From contig NC_057751.1 in NCBI RefSeq assembly GCF_004010195.1, forward strand, positions 389,248-453,247: 64,000 bases of DNA, written 5' to 3'. The position numbers were made by a program, and so were the translations under genes. Below are positions 24,935 through 36,345 of this stretch, piece by piece; position 1 is the stretch's first letter; every line of letters begins with the position of its first letter. The DNA is from Chiloscyllium plagiosum (lineage: Eukaryota). Below the pieces are notes generated by a model. That model made no database searches and was not told the DNA's origin. It worked only from the letters and a program-made list of their open reading frames with translations.

Positions 24935-25405
24935 CACATACAGCACGGACACAGACCCTTGGTCCAACTCGTCCATTTCGACCAGGTATCCTAAACTGAA
25001 CTTGGTCCATTTGCCAGCATTTTGCTCATGCCCCTCGAAACTCTTCCTATTCATATACCCATCCAGATACTTTTTCAATGTTGTCATTGGACCGGCCTCC
25101 ACCACTTCCTCTGGCAGCTCAGTCCACACATGCATCATCCTCTGCATGAAAAAATTATGAATCAGGTTCCTTTTCAATCTTTCCCCTTTTACCTTAAACC
25201 GATGCCCTCTTGTTTTGGACTCTCCTATCCTTGGCGATTAAGCACCTCATGATTTCATCAATTTCTATAAGGTCACCCCTCAGCCTGCGACACTCCAGGG
25301 AAAAATATTCCAGTCTCTCCTTATTACTCAAATCTTCCAGTCTTAGTAAGATCCTTGTAAATCTGTTTTGAACCCTTTCCAGTTTAATAACATCCTTCCT
25401 ATACA
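24935..25405 (-). mobile_element. CR1 LINE 3' fragment
   Basis: ORFs 25194..25406 and 24905..25177 (YRKDVIKLERVQNRFTRIL; WTELPEEVVEAG). Confidence 0.85.
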
Positions 25406-26849
25406 TTTAGAGACAGAGACCCATTCTCTGCAAACAAAAGGAATATGATGACTGTGAAAGCCATCTGCGATTATAGCAACAACCCACCTGGTGTAATAAT
25501 GTCTTTCACCATTGATTATTTCATTTCTTACCTAGTCTGGCCTACATGTGACTCCAGACACATAGCAATGGGGTTGACACTTAAAAGCCCCTCTGAAATG
25601 AACAAGTGAGACACACACACACACACAGATCAAGGGGGCAATTAATGGTAAGCAAATGTTTGCTCACAGCTGAGGAAAGTATGAAGACAGCATGAGTGAG
25701 GAGGCAGGGAGAGATAGGTAGGGATGCGATTGCAGGGAGGGTATTTAACTGTGATGAAAGCATGGGCATTAGTCTGAGGTTTCTCAGACTGAAGAGCAGA
25801 TGGATGGGGAGTGAATTTCCGAGAGCAGGGACACCACAATTAGAATCCAGCTTTGGGAATACGGAAGAAGAGCTAGAATGCAGAATCAGACTCTGTTTCA
25901 GTGATTGGCAGGATCTGGGAACAATCCAAAACAGGGTATCTCAGGGAACCACAAGGACTGGGAGAGCGCTGACAGGGTACATGAACTGAGCATGAAGATC
26001 TAGATTAGGGGATAGTTAAAGAGGCAGAGAGAGTGGCAGAGGTGTCAGTGGGAAGTGGTACGAAATCAAGTCTTGGAGGATCAAAGGCTCAGGGTTTGAG
26101 TCTCCGTGGGAATGAGAGCCAGGAAAATGGTGGGCACAAAATGGCCCAACAAAACCATAAAGTTGCAGCAATCAGATTTTCACTTCAACAACGTGTGCCA
26201 TTTGTATGGCGACTATAGTGACTGTAATAAAGTCAACTAGCTGAAACTCTTAGAATCTGAATTCCCTGATTGGGTCTGTTAATCTGGTCTAATCAGAGAG
26301 TCATGGCTAACAGATTTAACCAGGAGTGTAAGAGGTTCTGGTCACTCAGAGCTGGCTCTGAATGAGGCAGTCCTAACATCAAGGACTCTCCATGGGTAAA
26401 TGAAAGAGTGACTTGGTGATGGATACTGGCCTCTGTGGAATTATTTCAATGAGGTTCACATCCTAAAAACAACTCAAGGCACTTGACAGGAAGGATCAAT
26501 CAGACAATTAACTGATCAGGACTGATGGTTAAACAGGTCAGTCTTTAAGAAGCATTTCAAAGAAAGGAATAGCAAAAGGGAAGGTGTGCAAAGGACTGAT
26601 GGGGTTTGGGAAATTGACAGCTGAAGGCACATTCACCGACAGTGGGACCATTAAAATCAGAACTGTTCAAGAGGGCAGTTTTATGGACCAGACCAAACTT
26701 CCTCAAAACATGTCAGCGAGATAGCCGAGACCTTACCTTTTCCTTATAAGCAAGTGCTAGACGTTGCATTCTGGATGCAATGGAGTTGTCAAATTATTAG
26801 GCTTGAAGAAAACACACTTTATTCATACACTATTGTTACAATGAGGCTC

Positions 26850-27020
26850 GTACGATTGCAACAGTTTAAAGGCAACTGGATGGGTATATGAATAGGAAGG
26901 GTTTGGAGGGATATGGGTCGGGTGCTGGCAGGTGGGACGAGATTGGGTTGGGATATTTGGTCAGCATGGACGAGTTGGACCGAAGGGTCTGTTTCTGTGC
27001 TGTACATCGCTATGACTCTA
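26850..27020 (+). mobile_element. CR1 LINE 3' end
   Basis: Near-identical to 53750-53920. Confidence 0.85.
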
Positions 27021-27603
27021 ATACAGGCAAAATGAAAATAAAAGAATTGACTTAACCATAACTCTAAAACTTAAAATAATAAGCTATTCATTAACTGTTC
27101 CAACATAGTAACATCCCATAAACACCACCTTTTGCAAAGGCAAATTCAGTAAAATAGATTGTCTCACAAACAATTCAAGTAGAAGGAAGAGAACACCGAG
27201 AAAGAGAGAGGAATAACAGCTTCCACATCCAGCTTCAAGACTCTAGCAACTGTAGAGAGCCAAAAACTAGAAGTCCCCCGATTCTGTGGGAACTTGAGCT
27301 CACTCATGCAGACTGCTTCTATTGTTCGAACTTTCGGAAAAATCCCAAGGCCTCCCAAGCTGTTGACTTGATTGGCTTTGAGCAGGTGGCTTTGCAACCT
27401 TTTCAATCCAAAGTATCATCAGAGAAGCATCAAGAAAAAGTGAGGTGACAGAGATAGGAAGGGACTGAGGAAAGTCAGGAAGAGACTGGAGAATTTTCAC
27501 ATCAGGAGTTTGGTTCATGGGGAATAAATTGTGTGAATGAGGAGATGTCAGGATGAGGAGCTCAAGGTGATGGACAGCGAAAATACAGCAGATACGTCCC
27601 CAC

Positions 27604-27822
27604 CTTGGAAAGATTGGCAGTGCTGTGTCCGGTTGGTACATTGGCACTCCCTACACCAACGTCCAGCCGGTTGAGAAGAGCCTTCAGCTGGTGTAACACA
27701 AGGACCTCGTTGTCTCCATAGCGTTGCAGTAGGTCGTGGAGAAAGGCTGTGGGTAGAATGGTCACATTCCCCTCTGCGGCGGTGACTGACAGAGGGACAC
27801 CCAGCAGCAACAGCAGCCACAT
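27604..27822 (-). CDS. slc39a14: ZIP14 first coding exon (219 nt; MWLLLLLGVPLSVTAA signal peptide ... HSTANLSK)
   Basis: FLHDLLQRYG..QLKALLNRLDVGVG is ZIP14-like; acceptor TTTTCTCAG at 27852-27851 precedes 28 nt of 5'UTR; donor GT 27603-27602. Confidence 0.92.
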
Positions 27823-29014
27823 GTTGTGATGCTCACACCAGAGATGTTGACTGAGAAAAGAGAGAAGGCCAAAGGTCAGAATACCATGGTCAGACATGAC
27901 TGATCACTTAACACACGCCAAGGCCAGCTGACGAACTGCCCCTTCATTCCATACAGCTAAATTCACAAAACAACACACTACAGCAAATAACCTCTCGATA
28001 CTGTGATAAGTTGACATGCATAATTTAGGCCACAGGATATTAGCTTTCAGATAGGAAATGCAAAATACACACAAAACAAACAGGAAAGATTTTTCCGAGT
28101 GCCCCCCCATAATCCCAGGATGTCCCAAAGCACTTTACAGCCAAAGAAGCATTTCCAATTGATTCACAACTGTGACAAAAGGCAGGAAGGTTGGAGATCA
28201 GTTCCGAGGGAGTACCACACCGTCGAAGGGTCAGTGTTGACGGAGCACCGCACTGTCAGAGGGTCAATGCGGAGGGGATACTAATCATAAATACAGGTGT
28301 CTCCTGTCATTGACTAAATCACAACAGCTTCTTCCTCAATGCCATTATTTCTAACATTGGGGTCAATTCCTCTCCACACAGTCTCACTGCTGGGTTGTCA
28401 AGAGAAACAAGGGTTCCCAGATAAAGGAGAACATGTCCTTGAGGAATTCATCAAACCAGGGCTGAAAGTATAGATAATTACAAGAAAGTGACAGACAGCG
28501 TTCAGAGGGCACCTTTTATAATCTGCGACGACCCACAGTCAATCAGTATATTCTTCTGACAAGTCGTCCCTGCAGAGTGGGTGGACAGAGTAGAGATCGT
28601 TTCGATGTTGAGCCTCCTGGCACTGAGGTCTCTCAGTGTCTGTTCCGAGATACAGGGAAACTGAAATACATCATTCAAAGCATCTGCTTCACACTGGAAA
28701 TCTGCTTTGTTTATGCACAATATTTCACAATGCCTGCTGCTAGTCCTGTGATCGTACCCTGTAATGATGAGAGTTGGCTTGTAGTTGCCAGCTGTGTGTT
28801 CCACTCAAACACAACAAACTGTGTTCCAAGGCGTCATGTATCCCTGACCCTCTGCTACCAGGGGTCACCCACCTGATAAAAGGAACATTTTGCCACGGAT
28901 ATTTGTAACCATTTCAGATCAATGTGCTGCAACAGCCCTTCTGGGAACATTACACTCCAGTCTCAGAGTACTGCCCATGTGACCCATCGTCACCCTCATG
29001 TATATATCAACATT

Positions 29015-29385
29015 AGAGGGAGCTTTATTCTGTATTTCACCCTTTGCTGCCTGTGTCCTGGGAGTGTTTGATGGGGACAGTGTAGAGGCAGTTTTACCCT
29101 GTGTCTAATCCTGTGCTACCCCTGTCCTGGAGGCGTTTGATGGGGACCGTGTAGAGAGAACTCTACGCTCTAACTAACCCTATGCTGTCTGACGCCAGAG
29201 AGTGCATGAAGGGGACCGTGTAGAGGGAGCTTTACCCTGTAACTAACTCCTTGCTGCCAGTGTGCTGGGAGGGTTTGATGGGGCTACAGTGTACAGGGAG
29301 CTTAATCCTGTAACTAACCCCGTGCTATCCCTGTCCTGGGAATGTTTGATGGAGACAGTGGAGAGGGAGCTTTACATTCTAACTG
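29015..29385. repeat. ~69-bp minisatellite (~5 units)
   Basis: AGAGGGAGCTTTA...CCTGTCCTGGGAGTGTTTGATGGGGACAGTGT recurs at 29015, 29084, 29153, 29222, ~29293, 29362; reverse-complement units at ~31330-31470 and ~35300-35730. Confidence 0.85.
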
Positions 29386-30014
29386 GAAAGCACCTCACGC
29401 AGGCCAGGCACTCTGGAATACTGAAACTTGGGAAAGATTTTAAAAGTTGGCAGTGGAATTGATCTCAGGAGGAACAGGATGTTTTAGTGGGTTTTGGCCC
29501 AGTCATGGGTTTCAGTGTGGCAACAAGTCCTGAATCAACAACGTCAAATGGACTTCAATTTTTATTTGATTAACCTTCAATTTATTTTACTTAAACTTTT
29601 AGTTGCAATTTCTAAACGGTTAAACATTCCCAATAGTACACATTACAATGACACTCATAACTGAAACGAGTCTGCTTGCCTTACACTGCATAGTCCACAT
29701 TAACCTGTCACGACACTCCATTCTAAATCTGACTACTTTGAAAAAAAAAGGTGCATAGCCATATGCTTATTTCACCTTGACTCAAACATGCAACACAAGA
29801 GGCAGCAACTCACACTAGAGTACTCTACCATTGGGGACAGGTCTAGAACTATATTTTAATTTATTCACAGGATCTGGTCATAACTGGCCATTTATCACCC
29901 ATCCCTGATTCCCCAGAAGGCCATTTAAATGTCATCAATACTGCTGTGGGCCTGGGGTCTTGTGTAGGACAGGTAAGGACAGCAGCTTGCTTCCTTCAAG
30001 GACAATAAAACAGA

Positions 30015-30235
30015 GGGTTAATACTGGTGAGGACAGGTCTAACATTGGGGTACAGTACTAGTGGGGGTAGGTCTGTCACTGCATAACAAGGAATATTGCG
30101 TTGGTGGGGACAAGTCTGTCACCGGACAACACTGAGGTACAGTACTGGTGTGCCTTGCATAATCCTGGGGTATAAATCTGGTAGAAACAGTGTACGGAAC
30201 TGGTGTGGTAACAGCCTGTGTACATTGGGACATCC
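30015..30235. repeat. ~44-bp minisatellite (reverse complement of the 32.8-33.7 kb array)
   Basis: TACTGGTGGGGACAGGTCTGTCACTG..TAACACTGGGGTACAG units. Confidence 0.75.
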
Positions 30236-32807
30236 TGGTATTTATCAGCTGATGCTGGGAAGCTGGGAACTATCGAGGCTGTGACAAATATTTTCCTCTG
30301 CCTGGTTATTACTGAGCACGATGAGGTGTAATGGTAAAACTGCCAGAATAACAAGGCATAGGGAGAACTTTGTTCCAGGAGTCTCATTCAACTCTTCAGC
30401 ATATTGCAAAGCGCTGTATGGCTGACCAGTTATCGTGAGACAAGACTAATAGTTGTTTTCTCAAGATGGGCGTGGTCAAATGGAACTTAGCCAGATCCCA
30501 CACGTACACAGCAACGAGGAGAAGCAGACCTGATTGCAACTATGTAGGTTATGAGATAATTATAGCCTCGCCTGGAGTTTTGACACATCATCAAGGCTGA
30601 GTCTCCCAGTGTGAGACTGCGTGAGTGCTGCATAGTCAGAGCTCCGTATTTCAGGACAGCTATTCAACTGACGACACAGAAACATAGAAATTAGGAACAG
30701 GAGAACACCATTTGGCCCATTGAGCCTGGTCCACCCTGATGATCCTGGCTGATCCAGCTACTTTCTCAGTAAATGAATCCATGACCATCGTTCCTGCTTC
30801 TCCTGTGGCCCTGGTCAACAGTGAGCCTTCATATAACATCACTGAAATAGTTCTCTGGTCATTAGCACCTTTGTGAGATCTCGCCGAATGCTCACTGCCA
30901 GCCACAATAGCAACAGTTCAACCCTCTGAGGTTCTGAGATGATCAGTGATCTCTCCAGAGGCCACCAAATACTCCAGTGCAGTCAACCAGTGTGGTGCTG
31001 CCTCAGAATACAGCTTGCTCAGGAACTGATGGTCATGATAAACTTCCAGTTTATATTTCCTGAAGTGTTACCATAACAACACTCCCTCAGGGCTCGAGAA
31101 ACACCAAGACATACAATCACCAGCTTCACACTTTAATTAAACAACTCAGCAGCGGTTTGGAAACTATTTGCCGCAGCGAAGTCTTCTCTAAAAGGAATTT
31201 GATTCTTGGTTTGCCCTTCCCCACCTACTGGGTATCAAATCAACTGCATTCAACTTTCTTCATTCAGGTGAAGACTGTCAGTGTGCGAACAGAACTCTTC
31301 ACTTCATATTCACCAACAATTCTTATCAAACTCTCCCAGGACAGGGACAGCATGGTGTTAGATACAAAGTAAAGCTCCCTGTAGTCTTTCAAACTGAAAG
31401 TAAAGCATCCTTGACACTGTTCCCATCAAACATTCTCAGGACAGCTACAGCACAGGGTTTGAAAGATATTCCCTCTTACAATTACGGCAGGACTGTGGAG
31501 CATAATGTAGGAGCAAAGGAGAAGAACACAACACAAACTTCCATGTGCAGACTGATCAGTTAAACGTTACAATCATGAATTCCAACTAACTGAAACAAAG
31601 CAAAGTTGGAAGTTGTTTCAAGTTGAAAGGCAAGGGGCAAAGTATCAATGACAAACAATCCACAACAGAAATGGTGTCGAGGTGGTGAATGAAAGCTGAA
31701 GTTAGTATTTAACCTAAAACTTGATTTATTGTGACATGGTGCCCCTTATTGAAATCATGACAGATTCTACACAGATTTTTCACCCAGCTGTACATCACAA
31801 TCTATTAACACCTCCTGTCTCTGATTTAACAGGGTGTTTGTCAATGCAGGGAGCTCTTCCTAATTAAATTGGAAAACTGAATCTAACATCATTAACCTCT
31901 GCCATAAACTCTGTTCACTTGCCATCAAGTCCATCCCTCAATGCGTCAACAGTCTCGGGAAAAACAAGACAGTTGACAAAAGTTAGTGTCCAATAGGAAA
32001 CTCAGGTGAGTTTCCGAGCACTGTTCTGTACCATCCCTCACACTGTACTTCAGCTACTGTCAGCTAACACTGAACCACAGATGGCTGCTGTTACCTTGAG
32101 ATGAGAGTACTGCTGTGTGCTGCGAGCTGACATCCTACCTCTCACTCTGCATGAAGTCTAGTTCACCAGAACCTCCACTCTGTCCTCATTCACACCAAGT
32201 CCAGTTCTAACACTGGAAGCAGGTTCAGCAACACCTTTCGTTTCAAATTTTCAGCTTAGTGTTCAAACCCCTCCACAGCATCATATTCCAAGAACTCTCT
32301 GTCCTGAACATATAGTTGGAATCACCTCCGTCCCCACAGCCATCACTTAGAGAATGTGAGTGCTGCTGGCAAGGCTTGCTATTTTTGCCCATCCTTGTAT
32401 GCCCTTGAACACAGTGGCTTCCTCAGCAATTTCAGAAGGCAGTTAAGTGTCATCCACATTGCTACTGGTCTGGAGTCAGGTACAAATGGCAGATTTTCTT
32501 CCCTGAACAACATTTATGAAACAGTTCAGTTTTTACAACAAGTAATACCCGTTTCACAGACCTCCAAGGATTAAAGTTTCACCACCATCAGTCAGCAGCA
32601 GTGACTCTGTCTTTAGGAGATTGGTTTCAAGACACTGGACATGACTAGCTCAATTCGACAATGGCTCCTCAATCTAGACAGAAAAATATAGATCTCTAGC
32701 AGTAGTTTCACCGTGTGCTCATTTTCATTCTCTGAAAATGATGAGAATGTGATTACTTATAAATATTTCAATTAAGCACATCAGTCTCAATTGCATCCCT
32801 AACAGAT

Positions 32808-33695
32808 GCAGACCTGTCCCCACCAGTATTGAACCCCAATATTAGATAGTAACAGACCTGTCTCCACCAGTATTGTACCCCAGCGTTTTACAGTGATAAA
32901 AACCTGCCCACCAGTACATTACTCCAGTGTAACAGTGACCAACTTGTTCCCACCAGTACAGTACCCTAGTGTTATGCAGTGACAAAATTGTTCCCACCTG
33001 TAATTGTATCCCTGTGTTACACAGTGACAGACCTGCCCACAACAGTGCTGTATCCCTGTTATTCAATGGCAGAACTAGCCCCCTCAGTACTGTACCCCAG
33101 TGCCATACAGTGACAGATCTCTCCCCACCAGTACCTTGTCCCAATGTTATACAGCGACAGACCTGCCCCCACCAATACTGCAGTCCAGGGTTACATACTT
33201 ACAGATCTGTCCCATCAATACTGTAACCCCAGTCATAGAGATGTACAGCACATAAACAGATCTTTCGGTCCAACTCGCCCATGCCGAGTAGATATCCAAA
33301 CCCAAACTTGTCCCACCTGCCAGCATCTGGCCCATATTCCTCCAAACCTTTCCTATTCATATCCCCATCCAGAATTGTACCAGCCTCCACCACTTCCTCT
33401 GGCAGCTTATTCCATACACGTACCACCCTCCGAATGAAAAAGTTGCCTCTTCAGTCTCTTTTATCTTTTCCCTCTCACTCTAAACCTATGCCCTCTAGTT
33501 CTGGATGCAGTGACCAACTTGTCTCCACAGTACTGTAATCCAATTCCATACAGTGACAGACCTGTCCCCACCAGTGCTCTATCCCATTGTTATCCACAGA
33601 CAGAACTATCCACCATCAGTACTGTACCCCAGCATTATAGATTGACAGACCTGTCTCCACCAGTATTGTACCTCAGTTTTATACAGTGACTGACT
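32808..33695. repeat. ~44-bp minisatellite interrupted by a CR1 3' fragment
   Basis: CAGTGACAGACCTGTCCCCACCAGTACTGTACCCCAGTGTTATA-like units on both sides of 33233-33505. Confidence 0.85.
33233..33505 (-). mobile_element. CR1 LINE 3' fragment inserted in minisatellite
   Basis: ORF 33199..33426 (VRVWNKLPEEVVEAGT...GPDAGRWD). Confidence 0.85.
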
Positions 33696-36049
33696 GTCCC
33701 TGACGTCCAAATCATTGCGATAGATGGGGAAAAGTTGGGATACAGTCCCTAACCCTTGCAATAGCTGACTGGTCACAACCTGCCAACCTGAGAATGACCT
33801 GATTAAACCTACTGTCTGCTTACTAACCAATCTGCAGTGCATGGTCATATAATACCTCTCATCTCACAGTTTAATTCTGTCTTTCAGTTTCCTGTGAGGC
33901 ACTTTGTCAGAAGCTTTCTGGAAATCCCAGTACAGAATAGCCACTGGCTCCCCCTTAGTGACTCTGCTCAGAACATGTTCAAAAAACCCTCCAGCCTGTT
34001 TGTCAAATGTAATTTCCCATTCATAATTCCATGTTTAATCAGACAATAATTTTGTGTCCAGTAAGCACATTGTTTATAATTGATATTTCTGAAGACTGAC
34101 AGCAGGCTAACAGCTCAGTCATTGCCAGTTTCTCGGTCTCTCTCTCGCTCTCACCATTCTCCTGAAACCCTCCAAACTTGGGGCACCAACAATTAGTTGA
34201 ATTTTGAAAGTTGGTCACCTTTGTATCCACTGTCTCTATAGCCATGTCTTTCAACACTTGAGAATGAAGGGCATCGGGTCCCAGGGATTTGTCCACTTTC
34301 AGTCCCATTTATTTCTTCAATTCCACTTTTACATTGATCCTAATTTCTTTCAGTTCTACACTCTCACTTGACTCTTGGATCCTCATTTTTTCCAGAAAGA
34401 CTGCTTATGTCTTCCTCTGTGAAGATAGACACAAACTGTTCAGCTTGTTTGTCACTTCTCTATTTCCAATTGCACTCTCACATTTCTGCCTGTAACAAAC
34501 CCACAAAGATCTTTGCTTATGTTTCCCTCATTTAATACTCAGGGAACATGAGGTTAAATTGCACCATGATAGCCAGTGGGATTTAAATTCATTCATCAAA
34601 TAGAAACTGAAAGCACATCTGAATCATGCTGAGTATGAAGCTATCAGTTACTGTTAAAACAAATCTGATTTACTTATTTCTTTTCAGGAAATCCTGCATC
34701 CTGACCCAGCCTGGCCTGTAAGACTCCACACCCACAGCAGTGTGGTTCATTGTTAACTGCTCACTGAAGTAGTCTAGCGAGCCAGTCCATTCAAGCACAA
34801 ATCCAAATAGGCAACAAATTGCCCTCAATAGTGGCACCCATAATCTGTAAAAAGGGTAAATAAAAACTCAGTTAGCAGCACACTGGACAGATCTGTCTTG
34901 ACTTTGTGTTCAGGATCCTGAAGAGACTTGGAATCCCTACCTTTTGGACTTGGAATGCTGTCTATTGAGGCACAACTGACACGATGTCGGGTAGAATCAG
35001 AGCGGAGCAAAGATGGACCATGCATCTATTACAATCGCATGCAACTAAAGATAGCCAGCCCACAGCTTCACAGAGGGGTGTTGTCAGAGATTGCAAAGCT
35101 GGGAATGAGCCGTGAGATAAGAACAGACAAAAGAATGACTCTGAACAACAACCTTCAGTAACCTTCAGGAAACCATAAACCGTATCATACATTGGCCAGG
35201 GCTGGAATGAAAACAAAACTCAAATTCAACAACATGCTGGGCAGTCAACAGTGTGATTTAGATTGAGAAAACAGCTCCCTTGACACAGCCACATTAACAG
35301 CACGGGATTAGGCACAGAGTGAAGCTCTCTTTACAAAGTTCCCATCAAACACTCCCAGGACAACCACACTTAAAAGGCATCTGAATAGGTATATGAACAG
35401 GAAGGGTTTCGAGGGATATGGGTCAAATGCTGGCAAATAGGACCAGGTCAGTTTAGGATAACTGGTCGGCCTGGATGGGTTGGACTGCGGGGTCTGTTTC
35501 CCTGCTGTACAACTCTATGACAGGTACAACATGAGATTAGATAGAGTAAATCTCCTTCTACTCTTTTAAACTGAAAATAAAGCTCATTCGACACTGTCCC
35601 AATCAAACACTCCCGGGACAGGTACAGTACAGGGTTAGATACTGGGAAAAGCTTCCGCTACATTATCCCCATCATACTCTCCAAAGGACAAGGAGGGGTT
35701 ACATACATTATGAAGCTCCCTCTGCACCGTCCCCTTTTTCTGTCGAACCTCGTGTTCTTTTCCAATCATATGGCTCTCATTCTCTTTGTTTTTCATCTCC
35801 CCTGATTCCAGTCTCCCACGCTCTAACTCTCCCCCTTTCCCATAGTTTCTCGTTTGTTCTGCCTGATCCTGATCCCTCACCCTCTATTGAAAATCTCGAA
35901 TGGTCATGCTCTCGGTCTCGACATCGTGCTTACTCCGTCCGATCCCATTTTCTCCTGTTTCCCCTCTTTTCCCAGATCCAGGGTGTGTAATTAATCCTGC
36001 TCTCCCTGAGGCCAGCCTGTTCTCCTTGTCTCCATGATGCCGGTCTCTG

Positions 36050-36345
36050 CCTGCCTGGAGCTGACGCAGACAGCTCTCCAGATGGAGGCCTTACTGAGGG
36101 CAGCGGCGTTTCTGTTTCTGACAGCCCGGACTCGGAGCTGATGTCAGGGGGTTTTTGGGAGAGTGTCAGGGGCGTGGGGGTCTGACCTTGTAGCGATCCT
36201 GCTCCGAGATGGGACGCCGCTCCGTTTCGGGATTCCCCTCTCCCGCCGGCAATGTGTCACTTTCAGGCAACGTCGCCAGGAAGAGTCCAATGAGAGGCTG
36301 GCACCAAGGACCCGCCCTCCCTTAAAGGGCCCGCACCCCCTTGAT
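36050..36345 (-). promoter_or_regulatory. slc39a14: Candidate CpG-rich promoter and non-coding first exon of slc39a14
   Basis: Most obvious non-repeat CpG cluster upstream of the first coding exon; GC box 36311-36317, CCAAT 36287-36291, kB-like GGGATTCCCC 36229-36238; candidate donor CA|GTAAGG at 36094. Confidence 0.55.

Noticed and set aside
27823..27897. N-terminal extension MSDHGILTFGLLSFLSQHLWCEHHN from the upstream in-frame ATG
   Set aside because: That ATG lies upstream of a strong acceptor (TCTCTCTTTTCTCAG, 27851); the ATG at 27822 directly starts a signal-peptide-like sequence
32085..32200. Alternative non-coding first exon (minus-strand donor AAG|GTAACA near 32094)
   Set aside because: A lone donor-like motif without promoter or transcript evidence
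29015..33695. Regular repeats as CRISPR arrays
   Set aside because: Contiguous degenerate tandem units without unique spacers, no cas genes, vertebrate context
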